The notes: a model not told the origin generated them from the letters alone. Numbered from the stretch's first letter, positions 31,243 to 42,054 are shown. The stretch: DNA of 55,567 nucleotides from an uncultured bacterium (GCA_964543655.1 CAZIZE010000058.1:1-55567), one strand, 5' to 3'. Translations and numbers: made by a program.

Positions 31243-32586
31243 TTAATAGTTTGATTTAATTATGTTAATTATAGTATTTATCTTGTTATTAAGTTCTGTA
31301 TCTGTTTGAATTTTCTTTTTTATCTGATTTTCAGCATGAATAACAGTGGAGTGATCTTTGCCAAATTTTTCACCAATATGTGGATAAGACATTTTTGTAA
31401 GATATCTTGATAGATACATTGCAACTTGTCTGGCTATTGCAATCTGTTTTGATTTTTTCTTAGATTTTAATTCATTTACTTTAATACCAAAAAATTCACC
31501 AACAACTTTTATAATGTACTCAACAGTTATATCTTTTTCCTTGATTCGTAAAGTGTCTTTTAAAATTCTTCTGATAAATGGCTCTGAAATTTCAACTTTT
31601 TCAAAATCAGCCATTGCCTTGAGCCTTGTAAGTGCTCCTTCAATGGTTCTAATGTTTGCTGGTAAATTATTTGCTAAAAAGAATGCAAGTTCATTTGATC
31701 ATTTTATTTCAAGTTCTTGAGATTTTTTAATAATTATTGCAACTAATGTTTCAGGATCAGGTGTCTGTATATCTGCAATTAACCCCCATTCAAATCGTGT
31801 TTTTAGTCTATTTTCAAGACCTGTAATTTCTTTTGGAGAGCTATCACTTGTAAAAACAATCTGCTTTTCTTTATCGTAAAGTGCATTAAAAGTGTGAAAT
31901 AGCTCTTCTTGAGTGGATTGTTTACCAGCAATGAATTGAATATCATCTATAAGTAGAATATCAATACTCCTGTATCTATTTCTAAACTCATTCATTTTAT
32001 CTTCTCTAATTGATTTTACAAGATCATTAGTAAAATCTTCACTTGTAACATAAGCTACATTAAGATTAGGATTATTTTTGGAAATATAGTTGCCAATTGA
32101 ATTTAGCAGGTGTGTTTTTCCAAGTCCAACTCCGCTATATATAAAAAGAGGATTGTAACTTTTACCGGGATTTTTTGCAACAGCTGTTGCTGCTGCATGG
32201 GCAAAACGGTTAAACTCACCTACTACAAATCTTTCAAAAGTATATTTAGGATTAAGTCCTTTTTCAATAAATTTATTTTTTAATTTAAATGGGTCTTTAT
32301 TTATTAATAGTTGATTATTTTCATTGTAATCACTTGTGTTTTTTTCATTTATTTTAAATTTATAATTAAACTTTTCTTTTAAAATATCTTTTAAAGTTTT
32401 TTCAATAAGTTCACTGTAATTATTCTGTAACCATTCACTGTTAAAATTACTTGGTGCAATAATGGTAATAACCTTATTATTAAAGTCTATATTTTCAATA
32501 AGTAATGATTTAAACCAGCTGTTGAACTCCTCTTCGCTTATTCGTTCTTTAATAAGAGAGAGAAATTTATAGGTAAATTCCTTCAT
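31243..32586 (-). pseudogene. dnaA: Chromosomal replication initiator DnaA, interrupted by one in-frame TGA at 31699-31701 (nonsense allele, read-through or sequence error)
   Basis: The two track ORFs share one frame: ...ELEIK*SNELAFFLANNLPANIRTIEGAL...; motifs [35 protein letters not shown]; 447 codons in total. Confidence 0.93.
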
Positions 32587-32621
32587 AACATATTAATAGC
32601 AAAATTTAAAAATAAAAACAA

Positions 32622-33725
32622 TTACAAATTAAAAATTTCTAAAGGTTCTTCTTTGTAATCATCAAACCAGGTTGCTTCAGGATTCCTTTTGAATATCATA
32701 ATTTTTCCACTGTTTTCAGGATTAGCTGATCTATGATATCTGAATATAATATTTTCTTTAGTGAGCCCGAGTATCTCTATTTTACCAGTTGAATGTGACA
32801 TTACATATCTTGCTCTTTTTGCAAGACCTGAGCAAAGATTTTTTGCTTTTTCAAATATTATGTAACCTTCCTCAATTGGAACAGTATATATTTTATTTCC
32901 TGATGCTGGTCTGCATTGGAAAAGATAGTATGGAGGAACCCCAATATAAGAGAGATTATTAAATAACTCTGATAAAACTTCTGGTTTATCATTTATTCCT
33001 CTAATCAGTGGAGTTTGATTTGCAAGGGTAACTTTACAGTCAAATAAAGCATCAATGCATTTTACTGATTCTTTAGTTATTTCATTTGAATGCACATAAT
33101 GAGTAATAATATATATTCTTTTCTCAGCATAAGAAAAATTTTTTAGTAACTTAAGAAGCTCTTTATCATCAGTAATTCTCATTGGAAAAAATTGTGGCAT
33201 TCTGGTGCCAAACCTGATAATTTTAACATGCTCGATTTTTCTTAGATTTTCAAGAATATATTTTATTTTATCAGTTTTAAGTATAAAAGGATCACCGCCA
33301 GTTAATAACACATTGTTAATCTCTTTATGAGATTTTATATATTCAAATGCACTGTTGTAGTCAGTTAGAAAATCTTTTTTATTGCTATTAAACAATCTTT
33401 TTCTAAAACAATATCTACAGATTCCTGCACAAACATTACTTAATAACATTAAACAAACAGATGGATACTTATGCTCAAGTCCTTTAATAATAGTGTATTT
33501 CTTTTCATTAGATGGATCTAAATCTCCCCATGTAACAGATATTTCATCATATTGAGGTATTATAAGGTTTTTAATAGGATCATTTTCATCATTCCAGTTA
33601 ATTAAAGATAAATAATACTCATTTGCTTTAAAAGGATAAATTTTAGTAACTTCTTCAAGTCTCTTTTTCTCATTTTCTGATAATTCTTTTATCTTAGATA
33701 TTCTGTTAATAATTCTATAATTCAT
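32622..33725 (-). CDS. KamA family radical SAM protein (lysine 2,3-aminomutase-like)
   Basis: GLEHKY, CAGICRYCFRKR, LLTGGDP, NQTPLIRGIND, PYYLFQC. Confidence 0.92.
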   Translation of the reverse strand: MNYRIINRISKIKELSENEKKRLEEVTKIYPFKANEYYLSLINWNDENDPIKNLIIPQYDEISVTWGDLDPSNEKKYTIIKGLEHKYPSVCLMLLSNVCAGICRYCFRKRLFNSNKKDFLTDYNSAFEYIKSHKEINNVLLTGGDPFILKTDKIKYILENLRKIEHVKIIRFGTRMPQFFPMRITDDKELLKLLKNFSYAEKRIYIITHYVHSNEITKESVKCIDALFDCKVTLANQTPLIRGINDKPEVLSELFNNLSYIGVPPYYLFQCRPASGNKIYTVPIEEGYIIFEKAKNLCSGLAKRARYVMSHSTGKIEILGLTKENIIFRYHRSANPENSGKIMIFKRNPEATWFDDYKEEPLEIFNL

Positions 33726-33812
33726 AACACCTCCTGAAAAATTTGATACATCAATACATTTAGGATAAATTTATGTGAAAAAGGTTTTTGTTTGAAAGGT
33801 TGAAAGCAAAAT

Positions 33813-33841
33813 ATTTTAACAGAATTTTATAAAAAAATCAA
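33813..33841 (-). promoter_or_regulatory. sigma70 promoter upstream of the KamA-family gene
   Basis: TTGATT-17 nt-TAAAAT with extended TG. Confidence 0.6.
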
Positions 33842-33864
33842 ATTAAAGTTTATTAACAAAATTA

Positions 33865-33909
33865 TTGACAAATAAAATATTAAGGAGTAAATAATTAGCA
33901 GGCTAATTA
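33865..33909 (+). promoter_or_regulatory. MarR gene promoter with palindromic operator
   Basis: TTGACA at 33865-33870; perfect inverted repeat TAATTAGC-AG-GCTAATTA (33892-33909) over the -10/start region. Confidence 0.6.
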
Positions 33910-33929
33910 ATAATAATAGGGGGTTTAAG

Positions 33930-34373
33930 TTGAAATTAAATGAATGTGTTTATTTTTTAACAACAAGGCTCTCAAGAGAGTTAAAAAAACTTTTTGATAA
34001 ACGCCTTGAAGAGCTCTCTTTAACATCTTCTATGTGGTGTGTTTTAATGGCAGTTATAGAAAATGGTGAGATAACACAAAAAGAGTTGTCAGATATATTG
34101 TCAATTGAGGGACCAACAACAACCAAAATTATAGATAACCTTGAAAAAAGGGGTTTTATTAAAAGAGTTCCACATGAAACAGATAGAAGGGCATATAAAA
34201 TATCCCTTACAGAGAAGGGAAAAGCAATAGAGAAGGATATTTTTAAATATGGTGACTGCTTTATGAAGGATGTTAAAAGCAGTTTAACTGATAAAGAAAA
34301 GAAGGAGCTGCATAAGCTTTTAAATAAAATTTACAATAATATTAAAACTATTCCTTCTTCTTCATGTTATTAA
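33930..34373 (+). CDS. MarR family transcriptional regulator
   Basis: ITQKELS, LEKRGFIKR...DRRAYKISLTEKG winged HTH. Confidence 0.95.
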   Translation: MKLNECVYFLTTRLSRELKKLFDKRLEELSLTSSMWCVLMAVIENGEITQKELSDILSIEGPTTTKIIDNLEKRGFIKRVPHETDRRAYKISLTEKGKAIEKDIFKYGDCFMKDVKSSLTDKEKKELHKLLNKIYNNIKTIPSSSCY

Positions 34374-34818
34374 AAACTTTTGAATCTATCTTAAATGCAT
34401 AGATGAACCAGCTGTCACCATGCTTGATAATTGTAAGCTTAATTATTGCATCACCATTAGAAAATTTAGCTTTTGCAGTATATTTTGCATAAACCAACTT
34501 CCCTTTTTTAAAGGAAAAAGAAGTTTTAACCTTTCCTTTACTACCTATATATTTTTCATATTTTCCAAGTTTTTTATAAACATTAAATATTTTTTCCACT
34601 TTTTCTTCAGGAACAGCTCTGATAAATTCAGGTGCTGCGTATTTTAAAAATATATCTTTATTTAGAGAATGGAGAATATGTGGCAGGGTTTCATCAACAT
34701 ACCTTTTGCTTTCAAGTTTTAAGCTATCATCAACTCTCGCAGTGTAAATCATCAACCCTATTAATGATAATCCAAAAATTATTAAAAATGCCATAATTAA
34801 ATTTTTCATTTTTAGCAT
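34348..34818 (-). CDS. Membrane-anchored hypothetical protein (DUF3887/DUF4019-like)
   Basis: N-terminal transmembrane segment; KKLG.Y...AKY.AKAKFSNG.A.I.L......W pattern. Confidence 0.6.
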   Translation of the reverse strand: MLKMKNLIMAFLIIFGLSLIGLMIYTARVDDSLKLESKRYVDETLPHILHSLNKDIFLKYAAPEFIRAVPEEKVEKIFNVYKKLGKYEKYIGSKGKVKTSFSFKKGKLVYAKYTAKAKFSNGDAIIKLTIIKHGDSWFIYAFKIDSKVFNNMKKKE

Positions 34819-34921
34819 TATAAGCTCCTTATTGTTTTTATTGTTTATTAATTTCTAAATCTGAATTTTAAAATCCATTTTCATTCCTCTTAATTTCACA
34901 TACTCAACTTTATGCTATAAT

Positions 34922-35932
34922 TTAACCATCTATTAATTTTATAACTTTATCATAAACTTCTTCTACAGTAATACTTTCCATGCATTTATTGTTATTTTTA
35001 GGGCAAATTCTTTCTTTGCAGGGGGAGCAATCTAAATGCTTATATAACAGATGCTCCCTTTTTGTAAAGGGTGGAGTTTCTTCTGGGTCTGTTGGGCCAA
35101 AAATAGCTATTATTTCAACATTAAGAGCATCAGCTATATGCATGGGACCAGTGTCGTTTGTTATAAATATTTTACACATTTTAATTAAAGCAGCAGATTT
35201 GTCTATTGTAAGCTTTCCTGTAAGGTTCAGGCAATTTTTGATATTGTTAAAGATAGAGTTGTAATTGGAATTATCTTTACCACCAAAAATTAAAAATTGT
35301 AAATTTGAAAATTTGTTATTTAATTTATCAATTAATTTTAAAAAATTCTCCTTTTTCCAGCATTTTGCTTCACCATAAGTTGCACCAGGATTTATACCAA
35401 TTAAAATTTTGTCTTTAATTTTTTCATTTTTCAAAAAATTTTCAGCCCATTCTTCGCATTTGTTAGAAAGAATCAGTTGAGGTTTTAAATTATTGTAATC
35501 AAAATGTTTATACAGGTTTAAAACATCTAAATAATAGAAAACTCTATGTTTTGATAGAGAGTGATTATCACGTTTTAGAGATTTTGTTAGAAAGATATTT
35601 TTAAAAAGGTCCCCATAGCCATACAGCTCTTTAATGTTTGAAAACAAACTTATAATGAACATTCTGTATGAGCGAGGGAGGATGAATGCTTTATGGAATT
35701 TCTTTTTCTTAATTGCTTTTATTAAATTTAAGGTTGTTTTAAAATTTTTATCTTTATAAAAAATTGGCAAAATATTTAAAGTATCGCAATTTTCTTCTAT
35801 TAATGGAAAAATTTCTTTACGAATTAATATGTATATATTATGATTTTTAAAAATCTCCCTACTTTTTTTTACAGTAGGAAGGCTCATAACAACGTCACCT
35901 ATCCAGTTTGGTAAGATTATTAAAATATTCAT
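34922..35932 (-). CDS. waaF: LPS heptosyltransferase II (GT9)
   Basis: PNWIGDVVM, INPGATYGEAKCW, TNDTGPMH, IFGPT, CSPC. Confidence 0.92.
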   Translation of the reverse strand: MNILIILPNWIGDVVMSLPTVKKSREIFKNHNIYILIRKEIFPLIEENCDTLNILPIFYKDKNFKTTLNLIKAIKKKKFHKAFILPRSYRMFIISLFSNIKELYGYGDLFKNIFLTKSLKRDNHSLSKHRVFYYLDVLNLYKHFDYNNLKPQLILSNKCEEWAENFLKNEKIKDKILIGINPGATYGEAKCWKKENFLKLIDKLNNKFSNLQFLIFGGKDNSNYNSIFNNIKNCLNLTGKLTIDKSAALIKMCKIFITNDTGPMHIADALNVEIIAIFGPTDPEETPPFTKREHLLYKHLDCSPCKERICPKNNNKCMESITVEEVYDKVIKLIDG

Positions 35933-37482
35933 TTTTTTCCCAAAATGGTTTTGATTTCATTAATACCAAAAATTATACATGAACCTATGTATAAAAAAAT
36001 GGAAAATGATACCATTAATATAATGTATAAAAATTTATTTAAAAAATTTGCAGAATAATTATATGGAAGGAATTTTTGCAAAAAAATTAAAAATAGCGAT
36101 ATTATTAAAGTGGGCCAAAATATTTTTAATAAGAACTTTAACAACTCAGAAAGATTTATTTCTAAGTATTTATTTAAATAAAAAAGGAGTAAAATAAAGT
36201 TGAGCATTGATGCAAGCGCTGTAGCTATTGCAAGTCCCATATGGAGAAGATATTTCATTAAAATAATACTTAAAATAATATTTGCTATCAAAGATATAAA
36301 GGAAGCTTTAACAGGGGTTTTTGTGTCTTTAAAAGCATAAAATGTTGGAACAATAACTCTAATTCCTGCATATGCCCATAGGCCAAGACCGTAGCCTACT
36401 ATTGCAAGGTATGTTTTATTGAGAGCAATTAGGTCAAACTTTCCTCTCTGAAAAAGAAAAGAAATTATAGGTTTTCCTGCGAAAATCAATCCTGCAGTAG
36501 CAGGAAGTGTTATTAAAAATATCAGTTTCATTCCAAAGATAAATGAATTCTCCATTTCATTAAACTGTTTTTTAGAATATTGCTCTGATAGTAGTGGTAA
36601 AACAGCAGAGCCAATTGATACTGCAAAAATTCCAAGAGGAAATTGAATAAGTCTATCAGCATAATAGAGGTACGATATACTGCCAGTTGGTAGAAATGAG
36701 GCAAGTAAAGTACCTATGAAAATATTAATCTGAGTTATTGCAAGGCCAATAATGGATGGTCCCATTAAAATTAATATTTCTTTAATAGCTGGATGATTAA
36801 ATTGAAAGCATGGAAAAATTTTTACATCTAACTTTTTTATAAAGAATATTTGCAGTAAAAGTTGCAAAACTCCACCAATAACCACTCCATATGCAAGGCC
36901 AAACACGATACTTTTATTGTAAAAATATGCAAATAAAACTGAACAAATCATTGCTATATTTAAAAAAGCTGGAGCAATTGATGGAGCAAAAAAATGTTTT
37001 AGAGAGTTTAATATTCCCATTGAAAGAGCAACAAGGCTAATAAAAAAAATGTAGGAAAACATTATTCTGTTTAGCTTTACCGTTAGAAAAAACTTATTAA
37101 CCTCTTTTTCAAATCCTGGGGCTATAATTTTTATAATAAGAGGAGAAAAATATATTCCAATAATTGTAATGAAAATTAAAGTTATGGTTAAAAAAGTAAA
37201 AGAAATTGATGCAATTTTATCTGACTCATCTTTTCCTTTTTCTATATGATAATTGGTAAAAACAGGAATAAAAGAAGCTGTTAAAGAGCCTTCACCAAAA
37301 AGCCTTCTAAGTAAGTTTGGAATTCTGAAAGCAACAAAAAAAGCATCAGCCTGATAGGTAGAGCCTAAAAAATTAGCAATAACAACATCTCGAACAAAGC
37401 CAAGGATTCTGCTAACAAAAGTAGAAGAGCCCATAATTAGTGCTGATTTGAAAATAAATCTTTTATAGCTTATATTTTTCAT
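35929..37482 (-). CDS. murJ: Lipid II flippase MurJ
   Basis: SRILGFVRD, AFRIPNLLRRLFGEG, LYYADRL.QFPLG, DTKTPV; likely start at 37482. Confidence 0.97.
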   Translation of the reverse strand: MKNISYKRFIFKSALIMGSSTFVSRILGFVRDVVIANFLGSTYQADAFFVAFRIPNLLRRLFGEGSLTASFIPVFTNYHIEKGKDESDKIASISFTFLTITLIFITIIGIYFSPLIIKIIAPGFEKEVNKFFLTVKLNRIMFSYIFFISLVALSMGILNSLKHFFAPSIAPAFLNIAMICSVLFAYFYNKSIVFGLAYGVVIGGVLQLLLQIFFIKKLDVKIFPCFQFNHPAIKEILILMGPSIIGLAITQINIFIGTLLASFLPTGSISYLYYADRLIQFPLGIFAVSIGSAVLPLLSEQYSKKQFNEMENSFIFGMKLIFLITLPATAGLIFAGKPIISFLFQRGKFDLIALNKTYLAIVGYGLGLWAYAGIRVIVPTFYAFKDTKTPVKASFISLIANIILSIILMKYLLHMGLAIATALASMLNFILLLFYLNKYLEINLSELLKFLLKIFWPTLIISLFLIFLQKFLPYNYSANFLNKFLYIILMVSFSIFLYIGSCIIFGINEIKTILGKK

Positions 37483-37708
37483 GATTATAATGAGGATAAC
37501 ATTTTTAATATTTTTATTCAAGTTGAATAGAAATGATTAAAGTAATTGTTATTTGTTTCTCAAGTTATATAATTTATTGATTTATTAATTCATTTGTGAT
37601 AGATAAAAAACAGAAAAGTATAAAAATTTATTAATATCTATACCTTATATAGTTATATTGTTAATTATTAGCTGTATAAATACAATTTTAAACTTTAGGA
37701 GTTACAAA

Positions 37709-38437
37709 ATGAAGGGTAATAAAAAAATATTTTTATTAATTTTCTTTTACATATTTACATTTAGTATATATATTTATGCTGAGACAGGTACTGAGGTTTC
37801 AACTTTTGAAGATGAATTTTCAGAAAGCAGTGATATTGTTGCGGATCCACTTCAGCCATATAACAGGGTAATTACTACCATTAATGACAGAATGTACTTT
37901 TGGGCATTGGAGCCAGTTGCAAAAGGTTATTCTCATGTGGTTTCAGAGGGACCAAGGATAAGTATAAGCAATTTTTTTAGAAATATCACATTTCCAGTTA
38001 GGTTTATTAATAGCTTATTACAATTTAAATTTAAAAAAGCAGGTATAGAGACTGTTAGGTTCATTATTAATAGCACAATTGGCCTTGCAGGGTTTGGAGA
38101 TGCTGCTAAATACAGCTTGAAATTGCAGCCACAAGATGAAGATTTTGGTCAGACTCTTGGTTTTTATCATATGGGTAGTATATTTTATATTCAGTGGCCA
38201 TTTTTAGGTCCTTCAAACTTAAGAGATAGCATTGGTTATATTGTTGATTTCTTTTTAAACCCAATTAATTATATACCAAATATGTGGATAGTTACAGGTA
38301 TCCATGTTTTTGAAAAAATTAATAAAACATCTCTTCATTTAGGTGAATATGAAAAGTTGAAAAAAGAATCAGTTGATTATTATATACAGATTAGAGATTC
38401 TTATGAGCAGTATAGAAATCAACAGATAAAGGAGTAA
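37709..38437 (+). CDS. mlaA: MlaA/VacJ family protein
   Basis: DPLQPYNR, RFIINSTIGLAG, EDFGQTLG, PFLGPSNLRD; SD AGGAG before ATG 37709. Confidence 0.93.
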   Translation: MKGNKKIFLLIFFYIFTFSIYIYAETGTEVSTFEDEFSESSDIVADPLQPYNRVITTINDRMYFWALEPVAKGYSHVVSEGPRISISNFFRNITFPVRFINSLLQFKFKKAGIETVRFIINSTIGLAGFGDAAKYSLKLQPQDEDFGQTLGFYHMGSIFYIQWPFLGPSNLRDSIGYIVDFFLNPINYIPNMWIVTGIHVFEKINKTSLHLGEYEKLKKESVDYYIQIRDSYEQYRNQQIKE

Positions 38438-38441
38438 TAAA

Positions 38442-39038
38442 ATGATAAAAAAATTTTTATTAAGCATAATAATTGTTTTTATAACAGTATCAATGGGTTT
38501 TTCTGCTGTTAGTGACAAAGATTATGTTAAAAATTTAGTAAAAACAAAAACAGATAAAGCATTAAAACTAATAAATGATAAAAATTTAACAGAAAAAGAG
38601 AAAAAAGATAAAATTTTTCAAATTATTGGCCCAACATTCGATTTTAAAATAATGTCAAAACTTGTTTTAGGGAAAAAATATTGGCCCAGGTTAACAGAAG
38701 CCCAAAAGAAGAGATTTATAACACTTTTTGAAAAAAGAATAAGAATGGTTTATCTTGATAGGGTTTCAATTTCAGGAAATTTAAAAGTTGAATATAAAGA
38801 GCCTATTCAGAAGAATAAAAAAATTATATATGTTCCATCAATATTCACAGTTAAAAATAAAAATTATTCAGTTGTGTTTAAGCTGTGGAAATCACCAAAT
38901 GGATGGAAAATATATGATATCTCAGTTGAAGGTATCAGCATAATTAGAACTTATAAATCACAATTTTACGCTATTTTAAGTAAAGGTACAATAGATGACC
39001 TTTTTAAAAAATTAGAGGCTACTACTAATTCCAGATGA
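38442..39038 (+). CDS. mlaC: MlaC/Ttg2D (HpnM-like) periplasmic lipid-binding protein
   Basis: FDF..MSKLVLG..W, WKIYDISVEGIS...Y.SQF. Confidence 0.9.
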   Translation: MIKKFLLSIIIVFITVSMGFSAVSDKDYVKNLVKTKTDKALKLINDKNLTEKEKKDKIFQIIGPTFDFKIMSKLVLGKKYWPRLTEAQKKRFITLFEKRIRMVYLDRVSISGNLKVEYKEPIQKNKKIIYVPSIFTVKNKNYSVVFKLWKSPNGWKIYDISVEGISIIRTYKSQFYAILSKGTIDDLFKKLEATTNSR

Positions 39039-41533
39039 GAAAGTATATTAATAGAGGAATCGACCTATTTGATAAAATAGTTTTAGGTCATCCTATTTTA
39101 ACTATAATAATTTTTCTTGGATTTATAGCATTTTTTACCTATCATGCAAGAGATTTTAGAATAGATGCATCTTCAGAGACTCTTCTAAATGAAAACAATA
39201 AAGAATTGAAATATTATAGAACAATTTCAAAGAGATATGAGTCAAAAGATTTTATAATTATCACTTATAAACCTTATAAATATGACCTTTTTTCTCCAGA
39301 AATCTTATCAAATATTGCAAATTTAAGTAAAGAACTAAAGAAGATAAAAAGAGTTGAAAGTATAACTTCTATTTTAAATGTCCCTCTAATTGAGACTGCT
39401 CAAAAGATGCATATTAAAGATTATACTAAAAATATTCCAACATTGCAAACTCCTGGTATTAATATTAAATTGGCTAAAGAGGAGTTTAAAAATAGTCCAT
39501 TGTATAAAAATTTGCTTGTTAGTCCTGATTTAAAAGCAACTGCTATTCAGGTAATTTTTAAACCAACAACTAAGTATAATAAATTAATTGAAAAGAGAAC
39601 AGCACTTGCTGAGAAACTTGAAAAAAGTGGCTTAACAGAGAAAGAAAGAGCTGAGTATGAACAGTTAAATAAAAAAATTAGAAAAGCTCTTGATAGAATT
39701 AATGACCAGCGCCACAGAGATATTACAAAAATCAGACATATTGTAAAAAAATATAAAAAAGATGCTAAAATAATTCTTGGTGGCGTTCCTTTAATTGCAG
39801 ATGATCTAATTCTCTTTATAAAAAATGATTTAAAGGTTTTTGGTGTTGGGGTTTTTATTTTTATGCTCCTTACACTTGCTATTTCATTTAGAAAAATCAG
39901 ATGGATTCTCCTTCCTATGCTCTGCTGTGCTTTTTCAGTTACAGTTATGATGGGAATATTGGGTCTTTTTGACTGGGAGGTTACAGTTATATCCTCTAAC
40001 TTTATTTCATTACAACTTATTCTTACTATGTCAATAGCAATTCATTTAATAGTGAGATATGAAGAGTTTCACACTGAAGATATAAATATTCCCAATAGAG
40101 TTTTAATAAAGAAAACAATTCAGGATAAATTTACTCCCTGTCTTTACACAACATTGACTACTATTGCAGGATTTTCTTCTCTGCTGCTCTGTAACTTAAA
40201 ACCTGTAAGGACATTTGGTTGGATGATGAGTGTTGGGCTACTTGTATCTTTAATTTTAACATTTATTTTTTTTCCAGCACAGGTAATGGCATTAAAAAAG
40301 GCTACACCTCTTAAAAAGAAAGAGTCTCACTCTACCAAGCATCCATTTTTAAGTAAAGTTTCAGAGTTTATTGATGGTAAAGAAAAATTAATTATTTTAG
40401 CCAGTATTTTTATTCTTATTTTAAGTATAATGGGGATTTCAACATTAAAGGTAGAAAATAGCTTTATAGACTACTTTAAACATTCCACAGAAATTTATAG
40501 AGGCTTAAAATTTATAGATCAAGAGTTAGGTGGCACAACTCCATTTGATGTAATTTTAAAATTTGAGAAAAAAAAGATGTCTACTGATGATAATGGTGGT
40601 GATACTCTTTTTGATGAGTTTGAGGAAAGTAATGAATCAAGCAATCCTGCTTACTGGTTTACAGAAGATAAAATGTCTCTAATTAAAAAGGTTCATGATT
40701 ATCTTGAAAAAGTTCCACATGTAGGCAAAGTTTTATCTTTGGAGACTTTTTTACAGGTAATTCAAAAAATTAATAATGGCAAGCCTCTTGATAATTTTGA
40801 GCTTGCTCTTTTATACAAAAATCTTCCACAAAAAGTTAAAGATGAAGTTATAAAACCATATGTTTCAATTAAACATAATGAAGCGCATATTGTTGCAAGG
40901 GTAAAAGATTCTGATAAGGGATTGAGGAGAAATGAGCTTCTTAAAAAGATAAATTACGATTTTATACATAAACTTGGTCTTAAAAAAGATAGGTTCCACA
41001 TTACAGGTATTCTTGTTTTATACAACAATATTCTTCAGAGTCTCTTTAAATCGCAGATTTTAACACTTGGTTTTACAGTACTGCTTTTAATGATAATGTT
41101 TTTAATTCTCTTTAGATCCTTTAAAATATCATTAATTGCAATTTCACCTAATATTTTACCTGTGCTTTTTGTGCTTGGTTTTATGGGTTGGACCAATATT
41201 CATTTAGATATGATGACCATAACCATTGCAGCAATTACAATGGGAATTGCTGTAGATGATACCATCCATTATATTCATAGATTTGAGCAAGAATTTAAAG
41301 TTAATAGAGACTACAGGAAAACAATGCATATATGTGGTAGAACCATAGCTTTTGCAATGTTCTATACATCTCTTGTAATTACAATAGGTTTTTCTATTCT
41401 TGTTTTTTCCAATTTTATCCCAACAATATATTTCGGCCTTTTAACAGGACTTGCAATGGTGGTAGCATTTATTGCTAATATAACACTGCTTCCTGCCTTA
41501 ATTGTTGCATTTAAACCTTTTGGCAAAGAATAA
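39035..41533 (+). CDS. MMPL/RND superfamily transporter
   Basis: Two-repeat RND topology; TTLTTIAGF, GIAVDDTIH, LLPAL. Confidence 0.92.
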   Translation: MRKYINRGIDLFDKIVLGHPILTIIIFLGFIAFFTYHARDFRIDASSETLLNENNKELKYYRTISKRYESKDFIIITYKPYKYDLFSPEILSNIANLSKELKKIKRVESITSILNVPLIETAQKMHIKDYTKNIPTLQTPGINIKLAKEEFKNSPLYKNLLVSPDLKATAIQVIFKPTTKYNKLIEKRTALAEKLEKSGLTEKERAEYEQLNKKIRKALDRINDQRHRDITKIRHIVKKYKKDAKIILGGVPLIADDLILFIKNDLKVFGVGVFIFMLLTLAISFRKIRWILLPMLCCAFSVTVMMGILGLFDWEVTVISSNFISLQLILTMSIAIHLIVRYEEFHTEDINIPNRVLIKKTIQDKFTPCLYTTLTTIAGFSSLLLCNLKPVRTFGWMMSVGLLVSLILTFIFFPAQVMALKKATPLKKKESHSTKHPFLSKVSEFIDGKEKLIILASIFILILSIMGISTLKVENSFIDYFKHSTEIYRGLKFIDQELGGTTPFDVILKFEKKKMSTDDNGGDTLFDEFEESNESSNPAYWFTEDKMSLIKKVHDYLEKVPHVGKVLSLETFLQVIQKINNGKPLDNFELALLYKNLPQKVKDEVIKPYVSIKHNEAHIVARVKDSDKGLRRNELLKKINYDFIHKLGLKKDRFHITGILVLYNNILQSLFKSQILTLGFTVLLLMIMFLILFRSFKISLIAISPNILPVLFVLGFMGWTNIHLDMMTITIAAITMGIAVDDTIHYIHRFEQEFKVNRDYRKTMHICGRTIAFAMFYTSLVITIGFSILVFSNFIPTIYFGLLTGLAMVVAFIANITLLPALIVAFKPFGKE

Positions 41534-41544
41534 CCTTAAAAAAA

Positions 41545-41573
41545 TTGACTAAAAAAAATAAATATGTTACTTT
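41545..41573 (+). promoter_or_regulatory. sigma70 promoter, probably leaderless, for the ahbB-hemL-suf-gat run
   Basis: TTGACT-17 nt-TACTTT with extended TG, 7 nt before the ATG; no SD. Confidence 0.55.
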
Positions 41574-41580
41574 TTAACTT

Positions 41581-42054
41581 ATGATTGATAAAAAAGATAT
41601 TGAAATTATAAAAATTATTCAGGAATCCCTTCCTTGCTCAAAAACTCCATTTAAAGATATTGCAGAGCAGGTTAATATTGATGAAAATGAAGTATTAGAA
41701 AGAATAAGGAGAATGAAAGCAGCAGGAGTTATTAGAAGATTTGGTGCAATTTTGAGGCATCAAAGAGCAGGTATTACTGCAAATGGAATGATTGTATGGA
41801 ATATTCCTGATGAAAAAGTAGAAGAGATTGGTAAAAAATTTGCCTCTTTCAAAGAAGTAAGCCACTGTTATGAAAGGCCAAAAAATGAAAAATGGCCATT
41901 TAATGTTTATACAATGGTACATGGCAAAAGTAGAGAGGAGTGTTATAAGATAGCTGAAAAGCTTTCAGAGATTTCAGGGATTAATGATTATAAGATTTTA
42001 TTTAGTGAAAAAGAATTTAAAAAATCATCAATGAAATATTTTGTAGAGGAATAG
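41581..42054 (+). CDS. ahbB: Siroheme decarboxylase beta subunit (AhbB/NirH, Lrp/AsnC-like)
   Basis: IRRFGAILRHQRAG..ANGM.VW, VSHCYER, YTMVH, LFSEKEFKKSSM; next to hemL. Confidence 0.9.
   Translation: MIDKKDIEIIKIIQESLPCSKTPFKDIAEQVNIDENEVLERIRRMKAAGVIRRFGAILRHQRAGITANGMIVWNIPDEKVEEIGKKFASFKEVSHCYERPKNEKWPFNVYTMVHGKSREECYKIAEKLSEISGINDYKILFSEKEFKKSSMKYFVEE

Noticed and set aside
31660-31701. Selenocysteine or genetic-code reassignment at the dnaA TGA
   Set aside because: The position is not a Cys site, there is no convincing SECIS hairpin, and TGA terminates other genes in the window.
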